64,000 bases of DNA from Octopus bimaculoides (lineage: Eukaryota), in assembly GCF_001194135.2 (NCBI RefSeq), contig NC_068981.1:158180356-158244355 (forward strand), written 5' to 3'. Of this stretch, positions 23,880-35,541 are shown piece after piece. The position numbers and the translations under genes were made by a program. The notes under the pieces are model-generated. The model searched no databases. It worked only from the letters and a program-made list of their open reading frames with translations, and was not told the DNA's origin. Within the stretch, counting starts at the first letter, position 1; each line of letters opens with the position of its first letter.

Positions 23880-26630
23880 TAGAAAGTTTTACAGATTTTT
23901 ACAGTTCCAGTGATGGCTTGGATCTGTAGTCTTCGAATCAGCTTTCTCCTTTCTGGTTTTGAGAAGCCTAATTTCTCAAGATTGGTATTTAAGCAGTGTG
24001 TTACATATTCCAGGGCCCGAATATATACAGGTATAAACCTGAACTTGTAATCTGGATAGAGTAACTGCAGATTTCTCAATAGTTCAGCTTAAGTATTCTC
24101 TTTTTCTTTGATCTTCAGCTTTATGTTAACATCCGATGAGCAGCTAACTTCCACAACTGTGCACAGTTTTTTTTGTCTATCCCAAATCACTGTATCAGGT
24201 CTATTGTGCTTACATTTTATTGAGGTCTTCACTGGTACATTCCACTCGTATTCCTTTTCATTATGAGTGGCTTTGGCTTAGAGTGTCCTCGCTACAACGT
24301 CATGTCTCATCGCTAGATAATACCGTGATGACATTTTCGGACAACTGCTTATGATGTGGGTGATATCTTCAGTGTGAACTTCAGAAAGTCTGCATCGGTT
24401 GTCACATTTTACTGCTTTTCCTGCATTTCTATCCCTTTTGTGCATCGGGTACTTGGTTGATATTTCCTGTTCCTGAATTGCAAATGCATACCCTTCAAAG
24501 TGGAGGGTAGTAATCTGGCTATCGTCCATGATAAGCAGCTTTGATGATCGATGCTACTATCATTACAGAGTTTTCTACTAATATATCCATGCATAGTCTT
24601 CTGCTCATATAGGCTCATCCTTTAATCTGATAATATGTTGTGGCAGGCGGCGAGGTGGCAGAATCGTTAGCACGCCGGTTACGCACTGGGGTCGATGTAA
24701 TCGACTTAATCCCTTGTCTGTCCTTGTTTGTCCTCTCTCTGTTTAGCCCCCTGTGGGAAATAAAGAAATAAATATGTTGCAGTAGAGTCGTGCAACTTCT
24801 TTGGGCATGTATTCTAGGTTTTCTGACAGTGTTGCTCAAGTAGCTACCTTCCAATTCTTATGATGTTATAAGCCTCATATATGTAAACTTGGTCAACGGA
24901 TGCACTTCGATGCTTGGTGGTTAAAAGATGTTACCGAAGGGATATGATGCGACATTCAAAGGCATTTTAGATCGATGTTGAGCCTCTACTGCCTTGTTTA
25001 TGTTTTAGGTAGAGGCGGTCTACGTCACTGTTCATGTGGAAATTATGTGTGCTTGTTAATATTTTTCGGGTTTTCACATCAATGGTTCGGATCTCATCAA
25101 GTGTCCAATCAAGCAGCCCAAATATTGGTATGAGTACTGGGACTGCAATCACATTGTGGGCCACTGTTTTATTGAATGCAGAGAGTTCTGAGGTTCAAAT
25201 TTTCTTTATTCGGCTGTAATATTCTTTAGTGACACGTGTTTTGTTACAGATGCCATTGTAAGATATATTTTCATCCACCCCTAGATACCTGCAACATTCC
25301 TCGTCAGATACAAGGAAACAGTCAAATCATTGATAGAGATGTTACTAGTCTAGTTTATTGTCTTTCCTCTTTTCACAACCACATGGCAACGTTTATTCTG
25401 ACCAAACTCAAACCCTACATCCTTTGAGAATGTTGTAACTAGGTCAAGACTCTTTTTTATCTCATGCATATTCTTTGCATAAAGTTTTAAGTCATCCACA
25501 AAGAAACAGTGTGTAATTTTGGTATTTCTGTTTCCTTGTGAACCAGTGAGATATCCTTCATATTTCTTTAACATGAATGACTAGGAGTTTACAGAAAGCA
25601 TAAACAACATTACAGAGAGGCTGTCTCCTTGGAATATGCCTTTGCGATATTGTATTCTATTGGTGATAATACCGTCACTCTTTGTGTTTAATTTCAAGAT
25701 GGTGGTCCACAATGAAGCCAGGTCAGCTATGGCTTTGACTATACTCACTGAAACTTGAGCAAATTGAAGGGCTTCTTGCATCCATGAGTGAGGAACAGAG
25801 CTTTCTTGTAATCTAACCACATTGAAACTAGGTTCCTCCTATATTCCCGCACCTTTGACATCCCCAGACTCCCTTCTTCTCAGCTGCTTGTTCTGCTTTG
25901 ATAATGTTATTGGTTTTCACAATGACCTTGGAGGAAGAAGTTTAAACATGCTGTATATATCTTATATATTAAGTTCTGGCATACAATTGGCCGGTATTTT
26001 TTTTTGCAATGTGGGTGGTTCTGCATGTGGGGATCAATTTTGTCTCTGCCAGAGCTAGCCAGTATGGTATGCAACTGTTCCCGATGAAAACTTGCTGATA
26101 CAGATTGATAAGATATGGTAGGTAGAATATTAGCTTCTTGTACCAATATCCAACAATGAAGTCTCTTCCGGGTGCTTTTCCATCCTGGAGTTTCTGGATC
26201 ACAGTTGCAAGAGTTTCATTATCAATGTTGTATGTCTTGAATGTAATGCAGAAACAATAACTTTTTCGGATTTCTTCCAGCCACAGAGCATCTTGGTTAA
26301 ATTCTTTCACTTCACTCCAGATTTTCCTCTAAAAAAAGTCTGTCTTCTCGAGAAGAAGCTTCCGTGATATTTATTGCTCCTCTTCTCCTGTCTCTGTATA
26401 CTGCTGCCTGCCTGTGGTTAATTTTTTTTTTTGTTTGTTTATTGTTCTTCTTTTGGTTATTCTCTTCTGATGTCGGAGTTTTTCATTTCACTGACAACTT
26501 TTAGCTCCTTCTTTAGGATAATCAGTTTGCAAGTGAGCGTCCCCTTTTTGCTGTCTCCAAACATCATTTCTACCTCTTTCATTAGTTTCTGTTGGTGGAA
26601 CGTATAATGATTTGCTTGTATGTATGTATG
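23880..26630 (-). mobile_element. R4/Dong-like RLE LINE, about 2.7 kb degenerate ORF (RT, zinc knuckle, RLE)
   Basis: GKAPGRDFIVGYWYKKL, KKYRPI..YKIYT, SVPHSW, KGIFQGDSLS, FFVDDLKLY, VDRLYL, AIQEQEI, CRL..EDITHIISSC..RHD, HNRPD. There are many stops and frameshifts. Confidence 0.93.
24641..24770 (+). mobile_element. SINE family B, internally deleted, inserted in the RLE LINE, 9-bp TSD
   Basis: The head is joined directly to tacgcactggggtcgatg. TSD AATATGTTG at 24632-24640 and 24771-24779. Confidence 0.9.
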
Positions 26631-26759
26631 TATGTATGTATGAATGTTTGTATGCATGTCATTATTTAGTTTTATTTCAAAATTTCTTTCCAATGGAAAG
26701 AGCCAGTTTCTAACTAGATCCAAGACTCCTTCATTGGAATTTCAAAAACATCAACAAAG

Positions 26760-27140
26760 CGCAGGCGTGGCTCTGTGGTAAGAAGCTTGCTTCCCAACCA
26801 CATGGTTCTGGGTTCAGTCATTATGCGTGGCACCTAGGGCAAGTGTTTTCTACTATAACCTCCGGCCAACCAAAGCCTTGTGAGTGGATTTGGTAGACCG
26901 AAACTGAAAGAAGCACATCGTATGGTTGTGTGTGTCTTTGTGTCTGTGTTTGTCCCTCCACCATCGTTTGACAACCAATGTTGGTGTGTTTACGCCCCCA
27001 TAACATAGCGGCTCGGCAAGTTTGACCGATAGAATAAGTACCAAGCTTACAAAGAATAAGTCCTGGGCTCGATTTGTTCAACTAAAAGGCGGTGCTCCAG
27101 CATAGCCGCAGTCAAATGACTGAAACAAATAAAAAGAATA
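26760..27140 (+). mobile_element. SINE family A, full length (tRNA-derived head, CORE-like middle)
   Basis: A-box-like tggctctgtgg, B-box-like ggttcagtc, then gcgtggcacctagggcaagtg (resembles the CORE-SINE domain), and tail ctgaaacaaataaaaagaat. Confidence 0.9.
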
Positions 27141-27271
27141 TGAAAAGAAAGGGCATTCTTGTATGAATGTATATATGCAGATTTTTATGTTTTATTTTAT
27201 GTATGTATGTATTCTCATGCATATAGTTGCCTATCTAGACATGCACATAAGTATGTATGTATATATGTATG

Positions 27272-27304
<33 letters not shown>

Positions 27305-27669
27305 GTATATGTATGTACTTATGTATGTAATTCCAATACCACATACTCAACGTACGTGTGTTACTTAAACACCCGAAGCTGTGTTTTGTTTGTTTTTTTC
27401 CTTCTGAGAAAAATCCCTTTAAAGACGTCTGTTTTTTAAAATTACAGTATACTCTAGACCTAGGCGAAACGAAATCACCCCAAAATGTAGACGAGATCGG
27501 CGATGCAGTATTTCGTCATAATAGCGGTTTATCGATAGTCTCAAGTATATGCAAATAGTGTGTTAACTAGTTGCTGATTTGCAGCTTCTGGCGTTTAAAC
27601 AACACACGTGTATTATGTATACAGTATTGGTAATGGTTACATGCATAATTTGAATCCATCGTGTGTGTG

Positions 27670-27709
<40 letters not shown>

Positions 27710-29028
27710 ATGCCTTGAAATGTATAACGGAAGTCAAATTTGTAAATAATAATATGGAACGTCGGAGTCGTAATCAGTTTGTAAAGATTGGTTCTTCGTT
27801 GATTGTCATTATGCAAAGATGAAGGAACAGTGATTGAAGTTGTGAAGATGATATTTGTTTTACCGTTACATTATACAATACCTTGCCTCGACGGGCAGGT
27901 GATGAAATCCCAAAGCATGCGAAGTAAAGATAGATGCCGTAGATTTTCCTTGTATAGTTTGTGTTTATGTTCTCGTCATTGTGTAGTAGTAATTACAGAT
28001 AGAAATAGAGTGATGTTGTAAGAGAAAATAAAGTGAGCTAGTGAGAGTGACAGAGTGTGGGACGAAACACCTGCTTTATTGGTGAGTTACCATTATTGTC
28101 ATTTTTGTGCCCTTATCTCAAGAGACGGCGTTTTGTTCAGCCGGTCAGCCAGACCCCGTTCTCACTAACTCACTAACTCGAGTTGTCACTAATTGACTAA
28201 CTGATTTTTGCTTGGGGGTTCTTGCTTTTATAACTATCCAGAAGGATAGACATATCGTTGAAAACAATGGATTTAGTTGGTGGTCTGTGATATCTTAATT
28301 GTAGCTTTTGGTGAAGTAGAAGAGGTTAGAAGTAGTGAAGACATTATTTTGCTTAGCTAAGGCAACTGGCAAATATAAAATTGCTGTCACAGAAAAACTA
28401 CTGTTTCACTGTGAGAAAGTTCTGTTGAAGTGTTAATTTAAATTTGGCTATGGTGGATCGAACCCACTTCATGTATTTCTTTCTTTCTCTCCATTGTAGC
28501 TGGAACAAGGAAGACGTGTTCGTGTCTGTCTCCTGTCCAAGCTTGATTTTACGCATTCGCCACCACAACCACAACATCGTTTAGGCTTAGCAGCCCTTCC
28601 TGTTTGTTTTCACTGTCCTGTTGTGTTACCAACTTTGACCCTCTGCACAATCCCAATACCACATACGTTAAGTATGTGGCATCGGAATTTTACTTTGCGG
28701 GAGCAGCTGTTTTATCGAAAGCGTATATTGTTGCTGAATGCTCGAAATAGGAAAGTAGAAAAACAGCCAACAACTGATGAAAGGTCGTTCTTTATGATGT
28801 TGTCTTGTTTTCCATTTGTGCCTTTCGATGTTCGAAAAAATAGTTCATAATCCATGTACTCGCACTTCGTATCTTTTTTTTTTTTGTAAACGTTTCATGA
28901 TGTCCTGTGCCCNNNNNNNNNNNNNNNNNNNNNNNNNNNNNNNNNNNNNNNNNNNNNNNNNNNNNNNNNNNNNNNNNNNNNNNNNNNNNNNNNNNNNNNN
29001 NNNNNNNNNNNNNNNNNNNNNNNNNNNN

Positions 29029-29061
<33 letters not shown>

Positions 29062-29232
29062 CACATACATATATTCGTATATACATACACATACAGATAG
29101 ATAGATAGATAGATTTGTGTGTGTGTGTGTGCGTGCGTGCGTGCGTGTGCGTGTGTGTGTGTGTTAAATAGAATGAGACAACAAAGCCAAGGCAGTGTCA
29201 AATTTCTAGGGCATTTATAAAGAGAAAGGTAG

Positions 29233-29279
29233 TCTTGCGGCTGTTTCAGGGACATGAGGGATATCCTTTCATCAGAAAC
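29233..29279 (-). ncRNA. Hammerhead ribozyme motif, mutated copy
   Basis: Minus strand GUUU CUGAUGA AAGGAUAU-cccuc-AUGUCCCU GAAACAGCCGC A AGAC. The U16.1 position is C, so this copy is probably inactive. Confidence 0.6.
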
Positions 29280-29515
29280 GATATGAGATAGTTAAATAGT
29301 GGGAAATAGTAGAGTTCAATATAAGAAGTTATTTTGGACACCTTATATATATATATAAATATATATATACACACACACGTTTATGAGTTTGTGTTGCAAG
29401 ATTCCTGATGTGTTGAAACAAATATTGCTGTATTTCGCAATTTCTTTTATTCTTTTACTTGTTTCAGTCATTTATTGAACTCTGCTATTTCCCTCTATTT
29501 AACTTTCTCATATCC

Positions 29516-29561
29516 TCTCTGATGAAGGGATATCCCCCATATCCCTGAAACAGCTGTAAGA
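29516..29561 (+). ncRNA. Minimal type I hammerhead ribozyme motif
   Basis: UCU CUGAUGA AGGGAUAU-ccccc-AUAUCCCU GAA ACAGCUGU A AGA. Perfect 8-bp helix II, palindromic helix III, predicted cleavage after A29558. Confidence 0.78.
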
Positions 29562-29817
29562 CTACCTTTCTCTTTATAAATGTCCAAGAAATTTCACACT
29601 GCACTGGCTTTGTTTGTTTCTTTTATTTTATTTGACATATACATGCTCACACACGACCCGCATTAAACTCTTCACTCATACTATTATAGAACCGGGAGTT
29701 CTATAAAACGGTCCTTCTGTAGTACTTACATAGCCTTACCTGCTATTTTGGGTCTTCTGGATACCAAAACCTCTCATATATACACACACACACACACATA
29801 CATACATACATACACAT

Positions 29818-29850
<33 letters not shown>

Positions 29851-29854
29851 TATA

Positions 29855-29990
29855 TATGACGGGCTTCTTTCAGTTTCTCCAAACCAAAGCCACTCACAAG
29901 GTCTCGGTTGGCTTGGGGCTATATTCGATGACACTGTCCAAAGCGCTATATATTGAACTGCACCGGAAACCATGTGGTAGGGAAGTGTAT
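29855..29990 (-). mobile_element. SINE family A, diverged 5' part
   Basis: gggcttctttcagttt..cactcacaagg..ggaaaccatgtggtagggaag. Confidence 0.7.
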
Positions 29991-30681
29991 AAAACACTTA
30001 AAATACTTTCCCAGTCAGATATCTCATAAATTATACTATAATCCAAATGTTCTGTTATTGTTTTTTTTTTTAATTTTATTTCAGTGTATATCAGTCAATT
30101 ATCCAATGAATAATAAAAACGCTTTGTATATAATAGATTATGTCTTTGATTTCCTTGTATAGTTTTATCATTACACATATAGACATAGCAGAATTATATT
30201 ATAGATTAAGATGAAATAAATCATGATAATATAAACAATATCAATACTTTTGACGATGTTGAAATTGTTCCAAATGCGAAATTTTTGCCTTTGTTTGCCG
30301 ATCGGCAAGTTTCCAACTGAAAACACCTCCACTTGCCTCCTTAAATGCACTTTAGTACTCCGTTCACTCTTTTTATTTTTGCAGTGCAAGTAGCCAATCA
30401 GCTAGCCAGACAAGTTGTGCTGGCATAAATAGCAAATAAGCAAACAAGACACTCAGACAAACCTGACTTTATAGTGAAATTCTTTAGCTCATAAAATGTT
30501 CCCCATGTCAGCTTGATAGGTTTGAATCAAAAAGTTTATAGTTGTATTTATAACCCAAAGAAAGGAGAATAAAAGCAAAAGACAAAACTATATCATAGAT
30601 ATGTGCGTATATCTGCGGGAAAATGCTAACTGCTAGAGTATAGGAACGCTATTCCAGTCGTAAAAAAAATGGTAAATTAGG

Positions 30682-30725
<44 letters not shown>

Positions 30726-31243
30726 NNNNNNNNNNNNNNNNNNNNNNNNNNNNNNNNNNNNNNNNNNNNNNNNNNNNNNNNNNNNNNNNNNNNNNNNNNN
30801 NNNNNNNNNNNNNNNNNNNNNNNNNNNNNNNNNNNNNNNNNNNNNNNNNNNNNNNNNNNNNNNNNNNNNNNNNNNNNNNNNNNNNNNNNNNNNNNNNNNN
30901 NNNNNNNNNNNNNNNNNNNNNNNNNNNNNNNNNNNNNNNNNNNNNNNNNNNNNNNNNNNNNNNNNNNNNNNNNNNNNNNNNNNNNNNNNNNNNNNNNNNN
31001 NNNNNNNNNNNNNNNNNNNNNNNNNNNNNNNNNNNNNNNNNNNNNNNNNNNNNNNNNNNNNNNNNNNNNNNNNNNNNNNNNNNNNNNNNNNNNNNNNNNN
31101 NNNNNNNNNNNNNNNNNNNNNNNNNNNNNNNNNNNNNNNNNNNNNNNNNNNNNNNNNNNNNNNNNNNNNNNNNNNNNNNNNNNNNNNNNNNNNNNNNNNN
31201 NNNNNNNCACAGACACACAAACATATATATACACACATATATA

Positions 31244-32011
31244 CGATCTTTCTGATTTGACGGGCACCACTTGTTTTCTTAACGAAACACTTTCAAACTT
31301 AGGATACTGGTAGAATGTGTCATATAAAACATCTTTCTCTCTTAGCCTTCTTAACAAAAATTTCTTCTCAAAGTTGTCGTATTTCTGTAATTTCAACCAA
31401 TCACTGACGTCTATTCAGCTGAATACAGTTACTGCTGTTTTTGTAAACAATAATTTTTGCCGGTGTCAAGAGTGTTATTCCCTGTTTAATTACATCATTA
31501 TTCCCTAGTAAGGGTTTTAGGGTTGGGGTTAGGGTTATGGTTATGAGTTATAGGGTTTTAGGGTTATGAGTGAGGTCATGGCAAAAATAATCATAACCCT
31601 AACCGTAACCCTAAAACTAACCCTAACTCTAAATCCCGAACCCTAACCCGAAAACCCTAAAGCTAAAACCAGTATAAACGCACGAACAATGTCATAAATA
31701 ACAGTACGACGGATAGTTGTTGTTGACAAACTACGGCACTAATTTTATTCAAGGGAAAAGATCCCATGACACCGTTAGAACATGTTGTTTACATTCTACG
31801 GCAGTAATTGTTTTCACCTCAATAGACGTCAGTGATTGGTTGAAATTACCGAAATACGACAATTTTTTAACATGAAATAACTTCGAATAAAAAATTTTTT
31901 ATCTGTTCTATAACACAAAATATACAAGTATACGAAGTTTGAAAGTGTTTCGGTACCAAAAACACTACATAAAACAAATGAAAAGTGTTGCCCGTCAATT
32001 CAGAAAGATCC
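31244..32011. mobile_element. Foldback/TIR element with internal TTAGGG-like and CCCTAA-like arrays
   Basis: Long imperfect TIRs (about 31244-31420 and 31815-32011, termini gatctttctgatttgacgggcac / gcccgtcaattcagaaagatc). G-rich array at about 31510-31575 and C-rich array at about 31591-31670. Confidence 0.75.
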
Positions 32012-32900
32012 GTGACACACTCGCGCACACACATACACAAATGAAAGGCAATGAATGTGTGTCTGTGCGCGTGTGCGCGTGTGTGTGTGTGTGCTTGTTG
32101 TTCACTGACAAAATTTCGTGCTGCATTACTTTTGCGAAGTTTTGTCAGTGAATAAGTCACGATTTCAAAGCGAAGAAAATATTTTGACACAAATGAAATT
32201 TTAATGTTGAAGTGAAACTGGGGATCTTTCTGACAAGTGGTGCCCGTCAAATCAGAAAGATCCTGTGTCACTGTTGAAGTCGCTCGTGCAACTTCTTTGT
32301 GTATATATTGGTTTAGTCGTAGAGAGTGTTTGGAAACTGTGAATAAGGTGCAAGTTTCGAGTAGTTGTCGGTAACTTTTTTCCTCCTCGTCTTCTAATAG
32401 TAATTATCCAACTTTCTAGGCTCTTCTCACAGAGATCCCGTGTTCAAAAATTATAAGGGTATTTTAAAATGTTTCATTCAATAAATAATAAATTACGTAT
32501 ACATTAATAGAATAAACTGCCGGTTTTCCAAATAGCGAATGAAAACTTAAGAGTGAGAGACTTTGCAAATGATAATGGAATACTCCGCAGTAAATGCAAT
32601 GGATATTTAAATTTGTGAATTGGGCGCAGTTAATGAGAATGAATAGTTAAACACGTGAGAAATTGAATTTTAAAGGATTCAAGAAACTTGAGAAATCAAA
32701 ATTATAGGATTTTTCGTCGAACATTCGTTCGTGTTTTTTGAGAATTGCTAATTTTTTGAGGATTTGTTAATTGTTTTGACTGCGGCCATGCTTATTCTTT
32801 GTAAGCCTAGAACTTATTCTATCGGTCTCTTTTGCCCGATAGAATGTGCATACATAATATATATATATATATAAATATATATACATATATATATATATAA

Positions 32901-32950
<50 letters not shown>

Positions 32951-33218
32951 NNNNNNNNNNNNNNNNNNNNNNNNNNNNNNNNNNNNNNNNNNNNNNNNNN
33001 NNNNNNNNNNNNNNNNNNNNNNNNNNNNNNNNNNNNNNNNNNNNNNNNNNNNNNNNNNNNNNNNNNNNNNNNNNNNNNNNNNNNNNNNNNNNNNNNNNNN
33101 NNNNNNNNNNNNNNNNNNNNNNNNNNNNNNNNNNNNNNNNNNNNNNNNNNNNNNNNNNNNNNNNNNNNNNNNNNNNNNNNNNNNNNNNNNNNNNNNNNNN
33201 NNNNNNNNNNNNNNNNNN

Positions 33219-33297
33219 AGTTCAGAAATAGCAGCTAAAAAAGCTGAGTAATGCTATCTGTTGGAGTCTCAGCTTTTTTAGCTGCTATTTCTGAACT
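33219..33297. repeat. Perfect 30-bp inverted repeat with a 19-nt loop
   Basis: agttcagaaatagcagctaaaaaagctgag / ctcagcttttttagctgctatttctgaact. The left arm abuts an N gap. Confidence 0.9.
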
Positions 33298-33356
33298 TCG
33301 GTATATGGTGAAGCAAATGCTTGCTGATCCCTTAATTATGTTTATAAATATATATG

Positions 33357-33389
<33 letters not shown>

Positions 33390-33714
33390 ATATTATATTC
33401 TTCGGACTAGAGCAGTGGTTCCCAACCTAGAGTATGATGAGTTGTTCACGAAGCTACGGCTTTCGTGGATGCGAAACCATTGGTCGTTCTATGACCAAAC
33501 ATTTACTTTATTATTTTAACGTGTGTGTGTGTGTGTTGCAACATTAAAACATATGGAAACATCTGCCTATGCAGACCTATTCAAACCATGACAGTATTCA
33601 AAAACTGACGTTAAAGTGTTGATGACGTAGTGAGGTGTATAATGGTAATGACAATAAAATCACCAACAACGATAATGAAACAATCATATTTTTCACATAG
33701 GTGCAGTCATGACT

Positions 33715-33850
33715 GTGAGGTCTCCCACAGCGTGGCACCTTGCGCAGGTGTCTTCTATTGTAGTCCCTGGCCGACTAAAATCTTGCGAGAGGATATTGGT
33801 TGACAGAAACAGAAATAAGCCCGCCGTACGTGTCTGTAGGTGTGTGTGTA
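33715..33850 (+). mobile_element. SINE family A, diverged middle part
   Basis: gcgtggcaccttgcgcaggtgtcttcta..gacagaaacagaaataagcccgccgta. Confidence 0.7.
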
Positions 33851-34449
33851 TGTATCCGTGTGTGTGTGTAGGACCTCGTTTGGACCTGCCTGCCTGAGAT
33901 TCGAAACCGATTCTGGAAATTCTCCCTGGCCATACGACCCATTTCCCTATCAAAAGGGAACGCTGATTAATGCGTTTTCCGTTTGACCCGTGACCTAGCT
34001 GTACCATAGAATGTTTAGGTAAACAAAGTGTGACCTATATTAAGTTAACTATAGTTAAAACGGTATATCCATTTTCGTAGCTAGTCTACACAATTATTAA
34101 TGCTAGCATTTTGTAAGGAAAAATTCTTGAGTGAGAGCGACCGACAGAGAGCAGGCCAACTGGTTCGAAATATTGTTTCGACAGGACGTTATAGAAGGAC
34201 AGCTATGGAATCCATCAGCGATACAGTTGTCTTGTCCACTCCTCTCTTTCTTTATCACTCACTCACTCACTCACTTTCGTTTCAACAACATCACTTGGTC
34301 TATTTAGTTACTGCTGCAAGAACGACAGGGAATATGGAAATATGCAAGTAATCTCTCCAGAAACAAGTATAAAGCAAGGAGGATTGTAGAAAACCGAAGG
34401 TAAGAGTCTGAAGAGAGATGAAATTTTCTCAAGATCAGCAAATGCATGT

Positions 34450-35306
34450 TGCAGCACTTAATGCTGGATCATTAAATCAATGTTTTAATGGTTAGACAGA
34501 GGTCCAGTGGAATAGCTCTCAGAAACAGACTACGTACAAATTCATTCTTTACAACTCCTGAAGCTGTTTTCAGATATGATCCGTCCCATTCTTATAAAAA
34601 TGAATACTCTGTCCAAATTGGTGTACTAAACACAAATTGTCGTTTATGTAGAGCTTTAAAATTTTCAAATGAAACAAATGGTATGTGCTGCTCAGGCGGT
34701 CAAGTAACATTGCCAGCACGACCAGCTCCTTCTCAACCTTTTATGAATCTTCTAGAAGGCACTTCCATCCAGTCAAAGGATTTTCTGAACAATATCAGAC
34801 AATGCAACTCTGCATTTCAAATGACATCGTTTGGTGCATCTAAGAAGATAGATAAACATGAATTTACGCCGACGTCAAAGTTCAAGGGCAAGTCTATCAC
34901 ATCATTGGTTCACTGTTACCCGGAAATGAACAACCACAGTTCCTCCAAATTTACTTCATGAGTGATGTAGGACAACAAACCCGACGGAAGTGTCAAAATT
35001 TCAGATGGTGGTTGGTGTTATACACAGCTCTGACTGCTGCAAAGGAGAATATATCCACTGACAGTTTTTCGATGCGTTCAAAAATCACTTAACCCCCACC
35101 TCCAATTTTCCATTACATGTTAGAGCCTGAAATACTCCAAACAAACGCATAGCATGTTGCTTAATCGAATTAGCCCAGCATTTACTCCACAAATGTTTTG
35201 GTGTCAATGCTGTACTTTCCTATATCACCTGTTTCAACATAACTGTAATATATTATATACCAACTATGCCATGTAAATCCCGAGCAATGCCGGTCACCTC
35301 TGCTAG
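34450..35306 (+). mobile_element. Non-autonomous Helitron carrying a RepHel N-terminal fragment (5' end not located)
   Basis: CRLCRALKFSNETNGMCCSGGQVTL..FLNNIRQCNSAFQMTSFG, then after a frameshift KVQGQVYHIIGSLLP..QFLQIYF. The 3' end has a ccgagcaatgccgg hairpin plus CTAG (35303-35306) followed by T. Confidence 0.88.
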
Positions 35307-35407
35307 TAACTATATGTACTTTAAGCTGAATAACGTTTACTCTTGACATGAAACAATGAGGGAACCTTCACAAGGTTGTTCCACCCGCTGGAAATAGTTC
35401 TCAAATT

Positions 35408-35466
<59 letters not shown>

Positions 35467-35493
35467 NNNNNNNNNNTCTCTCTCTCTCTCTCC

Positions 35494-35541
<48 letters not shown>

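Larger units (their letters stand above)
29165..29630. mobile_element. Inverted pair of about 155-bp Penelope-type pseudo-LTRs
   Basis: 29165-29320 is an imperfect reverse complement of 29474-29630, and each arm holds a hammerhead motif. Confidence 0.7.

Noticed and set aside
28770-28840. CTGATGA-containing hammerhead candidate
   Set aside because: GAAA does not directly follow a helix II, and helices I and III cannot be formed.
34488-34961. 157-aa Cys-rich ORF as a host zinc-finger gene
   Set aside because: The motifs are the Helitron RepHel N-terminus, with a frameshift and a Helitron 3' terminus downstream.
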